IMG/VR virus record: IMGVR_UViG_3300022555_000031
Coordinates: 21,611 to 85,610 of that record
Direction: 5' to 3' (one strand)
Length of the DNA stretch: 64,000 nt
Origin: a virus
Taxonomy: Duplodnaviria > Caudoviricetes
Shown: positions 9,596-17,758 of the stretch, in pieces
Layout: each line of letters begins with the position of its first letter
Numbering within the stretch: the stretch's first letter is position 1
The notes under the pieces: generated by a model
What the model was told of the DNA's origin: nothing
The model's database searches: none
What the model saw: only the letters and a program-made list of their open reading frames with translations
Program-made: the position numbers and the translations under genes

Positions 9596-9624
9596 TTGAC
9601 AAGAAGGAGCGATAGTAATATAAT
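9596..9624 (+). promoter_or_regulatory. consensus sigma70 promoter at the head of the late/structural operon
   Basis: Perfect TTGACA-17 nt-TATAAT. Confidence 0.85.
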
Positions 9625-9629
9625 ATAGG

Positions 9630-9723
9630 CGGGTTCACGGGAGAATCACTGGAATGAGAGCCAGCCGAGTAGTATACTTTGGAACTGATTCGTGACATAA
9701 CAGTCACGAGTCGGTTCCTTTTT
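9630..9723 (+). ncRNA. putative short leader transcript/sRNA (about 90 nt)
   Basis: Non-coding stretch bounded by the consensus promoter and an intrinsic terminator; no known family recognised. Confidence 0.4.
9681..9723 (+). terminator. Rho-independent terminator
   Basis: 16-bp stem GGAACTGATTCGTGAC/GTCACGAGTCGGTTCC (two G-U pairs), 6-nt loop, T-tract. Confidence 0.8.
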
Positions 9724-9739
9724 GTTTATAAGGAGTGGG

Positions 9740-11515
9740 ATGAACTGGACGCCAAGAGACATAGAGAGATTGAAGCAGGTTTACCCAACGTCCCAGCCAG
9801 AGACGTTGGTTAAGTATTTCAAGACTACCCCAAAGGAGATAGTGGAAGAAGCTATCTCGCTGGGATTGGAAAGGAGCATGGAGAAAGCTATAAAGTATTG
9901 CCAGGTAGCGGTAACAAGTAAGAGATGGTTGAATCAGTACAGAGGGTTTCCCGTCAGAGCGATACCGTCGATATCAGGGATAGCAGTAGGTTACGACCTG
10001 ATAGTAAACGGAAGTATAGTAGCGTATAACCTGCCCATAGAAGAGATAGTTCCCCCTGAACAGGCTGTCGTCATTCCCGTGAACCAGCCTAACCTCACGC
10101 CAGAACAACGGTCCGAAATAATGGAGAACGCCGTGAGGCCACCAGTAGGGTTCAATGGGGAACATCTCTGGGCAGATAAACCAAAAGAAATCCCCACGAG
10201 GGAAGCCATAACCCCTCCTATTAGGGTTGACCGCCAGGGGCCGTCTACCACGAACGGAGGGGATGTGACTTCTAAATGGGGTAATGAACCATTGGAAGGG
10301 GGTAATAGCCAAGCCGTTACCCCATTAGATACCAATACAAGTATCCCAGTAGTTGACACCCAGGAAACACCCAGAAAACACCCAGAAAACTACCCAGAAA
10401 ACTACCCAGAAAACTACCCAGAAAACTACCCAGAAGGGAATGCTGATATTAAGCAGGTTCCAGATGCTGGGAACGGCATACCAAAGGGTGTTCAGTATGC
10501 CGATAAGAAGGTCAGTATACCAATCGTAGAAGACCCTACGATGCTCAAGGAACCGCCCAAGGGACCGCAAGCAGAACAGGTGATAGAGACCCTATCCCCT
10601 GCTGTAAAAGCGGTCCTAAAGGCAAAGGAAGAGGGTAAAACAGCCAAGGGGAAGGCCCCTGCAAAGAAGCAAATACCAGCCGAATCAACCCCCACCCCCA
10701 CAGAAGCCCCAAAAGCTCAGGGGGATGACAAGGGGAAACCCGAGCCTGTAGTGAACAATCCAGAACCCAAGTCAGTGGCCCCTGAAAAAGAACAGTCGGA
10801 AAAACCGACTGTTAATTCGCAAGCAGATACAAAGGTGGTTGGGGGTAAGGTTGAGGCTGGGGGGAAAAAGCCCCAACGTGGTGAATGGACGCCCATGGAG
10901 ATAGATTACATCACAAGGGCTTATCCGCTCAATCCAGTGAAGGAGATTGCAAAGAAGTTGAAAAGGAGCGAGAAGGCGGTGAAGAGGAAATCAGAGATGC
11001 TTGGGTTAAAGAAAGCAGAGAACCCAATGATTAACCTGGCACAGAATCCTGAGGTAGCGGATACTGTAGCGGAGTTGCAGAAGACTTTGGAGAAGCATTT
11101 GAAGGGAGAGGCCAGGGAAGAGTTGATGGCGGTCCTTGGGAGTTCATTGGACAAGCCGAAGGTGGCGGAGTTTATGTATAAGACTGGCCTGAAGAGGTGG
11201 GTGGCTTTGATAACTTATGAGGCCGAGCACGGAAGGTTTATCACGGAGAGTATGGTAACGTTCAATGCGATAATGAATTCGCTGAATAAGACATTGGCCC
11301 TGGAAGCTGGATTACCAGAGGGCTCGGTTGTTAATATGGTTCAGTTTAAGACTATGCAGGCTGACGCTATGAGAGGCGTAATGAAGTGGATGACGAAGGA
11401 AGAAAGGGAACAGCATATCAAGAATCTGAAGTCGGCTGATTCCAGGAGAAGGGTGTCGTTAAGGGAAGGGGTGATTGATATTCCGAGCCAGGGAGCCATA
11501 GATGATGGAGAATGA
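9740..11515 (+). CDS. putative terminase small subunit with two Myb/HTH-like repeats and a long low-complexity linker
   Basis: Directly upstream of and overlapping terL; WTPRDIERLKQVYP and WTPMEIDYITRAYP..IAKKLKRS..AV..K...LGL repeats; helical C-terminus; AAGGAG RBS before ATG 9740. Confidence 0.5.
   Translation: MNWTPRDIERLKQVYPTSQPETLVKYFKTTPKEIVEEAISLGLERSMEKAIKYCQVAVTSKRWLNQYRGFPVRAIPSISGIAVGYDLIVNGSIVAYNLPIEEIVPPEQAVVIPVNQPNLTPEQRSEIMENAVRPPVGFNGEHLWADKPKEIPTREAITPPIRVDRQGPSTTNGGDVTSKWGNEPLEGGNSQAVTPLDTNTSIPVVDTQETPRKHPENYPENYPENYPENYPEGNADIKQVPDAGNGIPKGVQYADKKVSIPIVEDPTMLKEPPKGPQAEQVIETLSPAVKAVLKAKEEGKTAKGKAPAKKQIPAESTPTPTEAPKAQGDDKGKPEPVVNNPEPKSVAPEKEQSEKPTVNSQADTKVVGGKVEAGGKKPQRGEWTPMEIDYITRAYPLNPVKEIAKKLKRSEKAVKRKSEMLGLKKAENPMINLAQNPEVADTVAELQKTLEKHLKGEAREELMAVLGSSLDKPKVAEFMYKTGLKRWVALITYEAEHGRFITESMVTFNAIMNSLNKTLALEAGLPEGSVVNMVQFKTMQADAMRGVMKWMTKEEREQHIKNLKSADSRRRVSLREGVIDIPSQGAIDDGE
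10371..10436 (+). repeat. 12-bp in-frame tandem repeat (CCAGAAAACTAC; PENY x4)
   Basis: Read directly from the sequence; one preceding degenerate 11-bp unit. Confidence 0.9.
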
Positions 11516-13223
11516 GCAACTCCCACCTTTAACCGAGGAAGAGATTAAGGGGGCCAAGGAGATGGCTGAGGCCATCTTTACGCCGTCTGACGGGAGGACT
11601 CCAGAGGAGTGGATGGAGGACCTGTTCACTCCAGTTAAGGAGCAGAAGATAGAGGCGACGCCAGATGAACTTGGGGCTGAAGTATTGGCCACAGTCAGCC
11701 CAGAGACATTCTCCAAGTATTACTTTAATCAGACATTGTTTGGCAACCAGGTGGATATGGTGAAGGCCATTCTGGACCCAGTTATAAGGAAAGTCGAGAT
11801 AGTGGAGCCGAGGCAGGTGGGAAAAACGTCGGCGATTGCCACGGCATCTGGCATAGCGTTGGAGCAGTTGGGCACAGAGTATAATGAGGTCAGTCCGAAC
11901 GAACCATATAGAGTTGGTATCTTCTCTCCTAAGTTGGGGCAGGCTCAGATAGATGTTAATAGGTTGAAGAGATATTGCGAGCGGAATAAGAAGGCGTATC
12001 GCTTTGTCAATTGGAACGAAAGTAATTCCACCAAGTTGGTGTGGCATAATGGCTCAGAGCTTCATGCGGTATCGGCGAGTGAGCAGGCGGAAACAGAAGG
12101 TCAAACGTTCAATCTAATCATAATGGAAGAAGCCCAGAGGATATCCGATTACTCTGTCTCGGAAAAGATACTCCCTATGGGTGGAGCGACTGGTTCAAAG
12201 ATAGTCAAAGTCGGGACCGTGCGTGCGGTGCGTAATCATTTCTGGAAGTCATGGCACGACCCGCAACAAGGATATCATAAAGTTTCACATACCTGGATGA
12301 CCTGTCCCAATCTCCTACGTGGAGGATGGTTAACAGCCAATATAAATGGGGACCAATTGAAGTTGTCCAGGTATGTGATGGATAGGATGCCGTTGTCAAT
12401 CAAACAGCAACTCTATCCATCCAACCCAGAGTTATGGACGCATGGGGATATGGATGAAGCCGACTTCAGGACGCAGTATTTATTGGAGTGGCTGGAGACG
12501 CATGGCCTATATCTTACGGAGCGAGAGAGAGAGCTACTGATAGGGACCCATGAATTACAGACTGGGCACGTGGGCCAGGAGTATCTTGTGGCGGGGATAG
12601 ACTTCGCTGGTTCGGATAGCGATAACGCCGATGAGACTTCTATATCAGTATTGAGGGTCACCAACGCAAAAGTTAAAGAGAAGATATGGGGGTGCACGTT
12701 TAGGGGTGACCCGATGTCCCAGTTGCAGGAGATAGTAAACATCCTGCATCCTTATGTGGGGAAGTTCAGGCCGAGGAAGATTCTTGCCGACGCCACTGGG
12801 ATTGGATTATATCCCGTAGCCCAACTGAGGGCATCTGGCCTGCCAGTAGATGGGATTAACTTTGGGGCCACGGAGCCCGACAGTGCGTTATCTGGATTAA
12901 GCATGAACTATAAGAATGCCATGTGTTCGTATACGAAGTCCGAGATAGATAATGGGAGATTTAAGTATGCAAAGAAACAGCAGTATATTATCCCAGAGAT
13001 GAATGTCAACTACCACAAAGGATTGGACCAGTGGTTCGACCTGGAAGTAGAGAACACGGATAGAATCAACAAGCAGATAGGGCATGCCGACGGAGCCTAT
13101 GACGACGTAGTGATGTCGGATGTGCTGGCAGTATTCGCAAGCAAGACCGAGAGGACCATCCTCCCGCAGAGGAATCAAATGAATTCAATCAGGGTGGCAT
13201 TTGCACACCCAGGGATACGATAA
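11502..13223 (+). CDS. terL: terminase large subunit
   Basis: Walker A PRQVGKT, Walker B LIIMEEAQ, coupling motif VGT, RNase H-like AGIDFAG and DDVVMSD. Confidence 0.92.
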   Translation: MMENEQLPPLTEEEIKGAKEMAEAIFTPSDGRTPEEWMEDLFTPVKEQKIEATPDELGAEVLATVSPETFSKYYFNQTLFGNQVDMVKAILDPVIRKVEIVEPRQVGKTSAIATASGIALEQLGTEYNEVSPNEPYRVGIFSPKLGQAQIDVNRLKRYCERNKKAYRFVNWNESNSTKLVWHNGSELHAVSASEQAETEGQTFNLIIMEEAQRISDYSVSEKILPMGGATGSKIVKVGTVRAVRNHFWKSWHDPQQGYHKVSHTWMTCPNLLRGGWLTANINGDQLKLSRYVMDRMPLSIKQQLYPSNPELWTHGDMDEADFRTQYLLEWLETHGLYLTERERELLIGTHELQTGHVGQEYLVAGIDFAGSDSDNADETSISVLRVTNAKVKEKIWGCTFRGDPMSQLQEIVNILHPYVGKFRPRKILADATGIGLYPVAQLRASGLPVDGINFGATEPDSALSGLSMNYKNAMCSYTKSEIDNGRFKYAKKQQYIIPEMNVNYHKGLDQWFDLEVENTDRINKQIGHADGAYDDVVMSDVLAVFASKTERTILPQRNQMNSIRVAFAHPGIR

Positions 13224-16200
13224 TGAATAACGTTATGACAACAGCTAAGCTATATAAGTTCTTCGCCAACAACGATGACCTCAGTGTTTTCACTAACACT
13301 GCACTGTGGGGTGGCCCAAAATTTGTTAAAATGGGTAAGTTGCCAGAAGATGATTTACACCCAGGCAGGCCCCTGTATATAATGGCTAACTACAATGTAA
13401 GCTTTGAGCATGAAGGTTTCGAATTGCTTCCAGAAGAAGAGCGGGAGAACATTCTTGACAACGCCGTGATAGAGAAGGTGCTATCGTTGCCGAGTAAATG
13501 GGATGCTATCTGGGTGTATCATCATGATACGTTTGAGTGTATTTATAAGGAGCCACAGAACATCTTGTTAAGGGAAGGTATGAATAAAAGGGCAGATGGC
13601 GAGCCAGCTATCTTGCGTGGCGGTATGCTGTCAGTAGAAACTTTAGCCTATAAATTCTTCGATAGTGAGGAAGAGGCAAAGGAGTGGGCATGGGGAGGTC
13701 GGGCAAATGTTCGTCCAAATAATACATATGAGGGTGTTGGTACGGGATGGACAGCGGTTCGGGGTTATGACTGGAGGGTCTTTGTTCCCGAGGGATGGGT
13801 TACCCCAGGGATAGTGGGCGATGAGCTACATCCGACCAACGTGCAATTACTGTGCGAAGAAGTGCGTAAGGGATTCAGTGATGCTCCCGAGGAAGCGTTG
13901 TGGGACGAGGTGAGCGTTAGGTCAGGCGTTCCATCTGGCAATGGTAAGTCTTGGATAACGGTTCCAATGGAACCACGGAACATATTACTCCGAGAGGGCT
14001 CATTTGAAACAGACGCAGTAGTAGAGATAAGGGAGATAGAGAAGGAAGGGGCACGGGGTATATCAGTGGAAGGCGAAGAGAGTAATGAGAATGGAAGCTA
14101 CCGCCTCATCAAGATGATTTATCCGACGTCTATCCAGAGGTATACGAAGGGTCAGTTCAGGTGGTGTGTCTGTAGTCCAGAAACGGCAGAGAGAATGGGG
14201 ATATCCAAGGAGAAGCCGTTCTATGTGATAGAGAAGAACGGTCAACCATATGTTGCGTGGATAGATGGGGATGAGTATGTGTTTTCTGGATATAGTGGTC
14301 GCATCCCCATGACCCTAAGACAGTATAATGAGCTGAGGGAGCTGAAGACCTTTACCGTCCCAGAGATTGTTTTTACTGAAGAAGAGAAGGCTCGGGGGGC
14401 TATATCTTGCCACGATTTTACACAGAAGGACTACACTTGGGAGGAAGAACGTGATGAGAACAATGCCAAGGTTGACGCCAAGTGGGATGATGCCGATAGG
14501 GAGTTTATGACCCGTCAATGGAACCGCTACTGGGAGAGGCCCAAGGAGAATTACGCTCAAGCACAAGGTATAGAGAAGGAAGCCCTGGGCGGAGTAGAAA
14601 TGCACCCCTACTGGATAAGCAAGAACAACGAGTTGATTGATGTGAAGGAGTGTGGCGGGCATGGGTTCGTGTGGGAGGTTTCGGAAGAGGCTAAGGAAAC
14701 CACAAGGGAACATGTCGGCCCCCTTGGGGACGGTGTCGACATAGATGCAATCAGGGATACACTATTGATGCGGGGATGGGTTAGGATGGAGACGGTGTGG
14801 AAGTCTCTTATGTTGCAGGCAGAAACTGTCGAGAGCTTATACGATACCTACCCAGTGTGGAGGGAGTTTATTAAAGGTGACACAAGGTTCTTAATAGAGA
14901 TTAACGAGCCCCATAAGAGCTACGACCCCGTGAACCAGTATGAGTTAGAGGGGCACGGTATGAACATTTTTGACTATATAGGGAATGGTGGCGAGTTGGT
15001 GGATAACGAGACCAAGACGGCGAGTGGCGGTTACTCAGTAAAAGATATAGTGAAGGTGATGAAGGCAAGAGGAGAGAATTGTAGGGACCAGTGGGAAGAG
15101 TGGTATGGGTCAAGGGACGGCGGGAGCTGGATAATCGCTCCCAACGGAGATTGGTTCCCAGTGTCTCAGCATCAGGATTTCGAGGATGAGATGCGTGAGG
15201 AGTTTGGTATTAAGTGGACCGACGAAGATGAGGAGTGGATACGTGTAGCAGGTGGCCCGAAGGTAATAGCCTTCGGAGTACCGTTTGGGCCAAACAACCT
15301 GGAGAGGATAGAGAGGTTTATATCAGAGGTTTCACTCAGTGGGAATACTTTAGTTACAGACGGCAAGAGAGAGACGACAATAGAAGATGTCATAGAAGAT
15401 GGCTTAGTGAGTGCGTTGATGGGAAGAAGGTCAGCGAGCATAGGGAAGAAGGCCAGAGGAGAGGACGAGAAACTTGAGAGATACGTAGAGATGCTTGGCA
15501 AGTTCCTGGTGGAGGATTTGGATATCCGCAGGCTGGAAGATTGGGAAGATAGCGTGCGTAGTTGGTGTCAAGGCAGATATCTGCAGAACGCAGATTTTGA
15601 TGTAGAAGAGTATCTGCCACAGGAAGACTTAATATTGTGGCGGATATATTATTATCTCGTAAATGGCGACACGGTTATCGCTGACTGGCATGACGTTTAT
15701 ACCAAGAGAGCTATCACAGAGGCCCTTTGGCCGTATCTTGTGCCTGGAGTGCCAGACAGGAAAAACATATTCTTTGACAGTGATGGGAATTTGTCTACTG
15801 AGAATATTCAGATGTCGAAGCTTGAAGCCTACACGGATGAGCTTCAAATGGATGCCGAGCAATCAGCGTTGGACTACGGGTTCAATATCAACGACTACCT
15901 GGACCAATTTTTCAGTGTCAGTGAAGACGAGGGTGCGTTAGAGAAGCATGAGTTCGCCAGATATCTTCTTGGCAAAGACAGTTACAATCCCTATGAGGAT
16001 TTACCTGAAGAGAAGGAGCTGACCAAGAAGTTCTTCCAGGAGTTCAGTCGTGGTGGGATGAATATACTGGAGAGGGAAGGTAGGGTTAAGACTGCGATGA
16101 AATGGAACGGAGAATGGGAGCCTGTGGAGTGGGAACCCTTGGACGGGATGAATGAAGCTGTTAGGTTCCGTATTGCCGAGTCGGTGAGAGCAGGAGAGCT

Positions 16201-16954
16201 TGCTGGCCATATAAAGTATTACCGTGATGAAAACACCTTGGAGTATGTTGAATGGTCGCTCAATCGGGCCCTCAATAATAGATACCAAGCCTTTACGGAA
16301 ATCAGGGATGGTAAGAATAGTGGCGAGGGTTGGGAATTGGAGTGGATAGCCTCTTTGGGAAGAAGGGAGTCAACAAATATCCTCCTGAGAGAAGGAAGTA
16401 TTAACAAGGTTGCAGGGATGGAGCAGGCTGATGCACTCGTGAAAGGTGTGACACGGGGTGGACATCGTATGCTGATTCGCAAGGATGATGATGATGATAA
16501 CATAGAGATAGGCATTAGCTATGACCTGTGGGAAGAGGTTAAGAGGGATTACCTTGACGACAATATTAACATGACACAGATGTTTAACAAGTGGGTTCCT
16601 CGGCTTTGCGGTGTCGGGTTAACAATCCCAAGGGAAGATTTATATGGTGTCCGTATCATGACAACATACTTTGTTGATTTTTCCAATGACCATATCATGG
16701 AAATTAACATGTCGGTGGATGGGGCTAATGTACCCAGGGCCTGTTACGATGTGCCAAGCTTCAGGGAGGGCCTCGACTTCACTGACATATTAGACGCCAC
16801 GGGCTCAGAGAGTATCGAGGCTTGGTTGAAGGGTAAAGTAGAGCCGTTGAACATATTGTTAAGAGAGGGTTCTTTTGAACGAGATGCCATAGTAGAGATT
16901 AGGGAGGTGTCGGATGAGAGTGGAACGAACGGTTTGGCAGTGGTTAATCAGTAA
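13223..16954 (+). CDS. modular polyprotein A (1243 aa; 5 NILLREG-type junctions), putative internal head/ejection cargo
   Basis: Motif starts at 13559, 13979, 16061, 16376 and 16850; start overlaps the terL stop. Confidence 0.7.
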   Translation: MNNVMTTAKLYKFFANNDDLSVFTNTALWGGPKFVKMGKLPEDDLHPGRPLYIMANYNVSFEHEGFELLPEEERENILDNAVIEKVLSLPSKWDAIWVYHHDTFECIYKEPQNILLREGMNKRADGEPAILRGGMLSVETLAYKFFDSEEEAKEWAWGGRANVRPNNTYEGVGTGWTAVRGYDWRVFVPEGWVTPGIVGDELHPTNVQLLCEEVRKGFSDAPEEALWDEVSVRSGVPSGNGKSWITVPMEPRNILLREGSFETDAVVEIREIEKEGARGISVEGEESNENGSYRLIKMIYPTSIQRYTKGQFRWCVCSPETAERMGISKEKPFYVIEKNGQPYVAWIDGDEYVFSGYSGRIPMTLRQYNELRELKTFTVPEIVFTEEEKARGAISCHDFTQKDYTWEEERDENNAKVDAKWDDADREFMTRQWNRYWERPKENYAQAQGIEKEALGGVEMHPYWISKNNELIDVKECGGHGFVWEVSEEAKETTREHVGPLGDGVDIDAIRDTLLMRGWVRMETVWKSLMLQAETVESLYDTYPVWREFIKGDTRFLIEINEPHKSYDPVNQYELEGHGMNIFDYIGNGGELVDNETKTASGGYSVKDIVKVMKARGENCRDQWEEWYGSRDGGSWIIAPNGDWFPVSQHQDFEDEMREEFGIKWTDEDEEWIRVAGGPKVIAFGVPFGPNNLERIERFISEVSLSGNTLVTDGKRETTIEDVIEDGLVSALMGRRSASIGKKARGEDEKLERYVEMLGKFLVEDLDIRRLEDWEDSVRSWCQGRYLQNADFDVEEYLPQEDLILWRIYYYLVNGDTVIADWHDVYTKRAITEALWPYLVPGVPDRKNIFFDSDGNLSTENIQMSKLEAYTDELQMDAEQSALDYGFNINDYLDQFFSVSEDEGALEKHEFARYLLGKDSYNPYEDLPEEKELTKKFFQEFSRGGMNILEREGRVKTAMKWNGEWEPVEWEPLDGMNEAVRFRIAESVRAGELAGHIKYYRDENTLEYVEWSLNRALNNRYQAFTEIRDGKNSGEGWELEWIASLGRRESTNILLREGSINKVAGMEQADALVKGVTRGGHRMLIRKDDDDDNIEIGISYDLWEEVKRDYLDDNINMTQMFNKWVPRLCGVGLTIPREDLYGVRIMTTYFVDFSNDHIMEINMSVDGANVPRACYDVPSFREGLDFTDILDATGSESIEAWLKGKVEPLNILLREGSFERDAIVEIREVSDESGTNGLAVVNQ

Positions 16955-17077
16955 GCCAACTTTAATAACAATGGGCCAGGTACTGATAGCGGTCCTTGCG
17001 GTGGCGTTACTGTTGTTCTTTGGTGGGAAGACGATAGACTTCAAGATGTCGAATATACTCGGGCCAGGAGGATTGAA

Positions 17078-17374
17078 ATGATAATCAGGAAATTAGATAA
17101 CGAGAGCGAGAAGATAGTCAGGGCATTATCCCTTGAGCCAGACAAGGATGCGGTAGTGAAAGGCATCAACGCCATACTTGAATCGCTGGATGAGGGGAAG
17201 GTTAATACGGCCTATGCACTTGTGCTGTCTGGTAGGGCAAAGCAGTATGGTATATCCGATGATGAGGCGGATATGTTGAGATGGGTGACTGGCGACAAGA
17301 TGCACGTTATTATCAATGTTAACTTCTCGACAGTGTCTCAGCTCGAGGCCCTGGCGAAGAAATACAAGAGGTAG
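17078..17374 (+). CDS. hypothetical protein
   Basis: AGGAGG RBS; same frame as polyprotein A, beyond a single TAA. Confidence 0.6.
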   Translation: MIIRKLDNESEKIVRALSLEPDKDAVVKGINAILESLDEGKVNTAYALVLSGRAKQYGISDDEADMLRWVTGDKMHVIINVNFSTVSQLEALAKKYKR

Positions 17375-17378
17375 CCCG

Positions 17379-17513
17379 ATGCTTAAAATACTCGAATTCA
17401 TATCTCGCCATTTCATATTTTGTATCAAGACCTGGACTATAGCGGTCTGGGGGCTTGCGATTCTTTTGCTCCTTATAATTATTATCGGCCAAAACAACTC
17501 CAGGAAGCCATGA
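17379..17513 (+). CDS. small membrane peptide
   Basis: Hydrophobic IAVWGLAILLLLIIII segment; fits between neighbouring genes. Confidence 0.4.
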   Translation: MLKILEFISRHFIFCIKTWTIAVWGLAILLLLIIIIGQNNSRKP

Positions 17514-17758
17514 GGATGAGGCCGTCTATGGATAGTGGGTCAGTAGAGACCCGCAAGGCAGAAGCCCGTAAGATGATTTACGATGTCCTCGACCAGGATA
17601 GACAGGTATTTATTGGCGAGGTATTCGTTAACACAGGCATCACACCGCAGGAAATCAGCGAGAAGTTCATTATCAACGAGACAAGAATGATAACGGATGC
17701 CGACAAAGACGGGTACGGTTACAACGTAGAAGCCCGTGTCAGGCTGGTGAGGAAATGA
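17510..17758 (+). CDS. hypothetical protein
   Basis: ATGA overlaps at both ends suggest a start at 17510. Confidence 0.55.
   Translation: MRMRPSMDSGSVETRKAEARKMIYDVLDQDRQVFIGEVFVNTGITPQEISEKFIINETRMITDADKDGYGYNVEARVRLVRK

Noticed and set aside
9630-9680. Known riboswitch or tRNA in the leader
   Set aside because: No match by eye to c-di-GMP, c-di-AMP, ZTP, preQ1, fluoride or tRNA consensus; kept only as an unclassified leader
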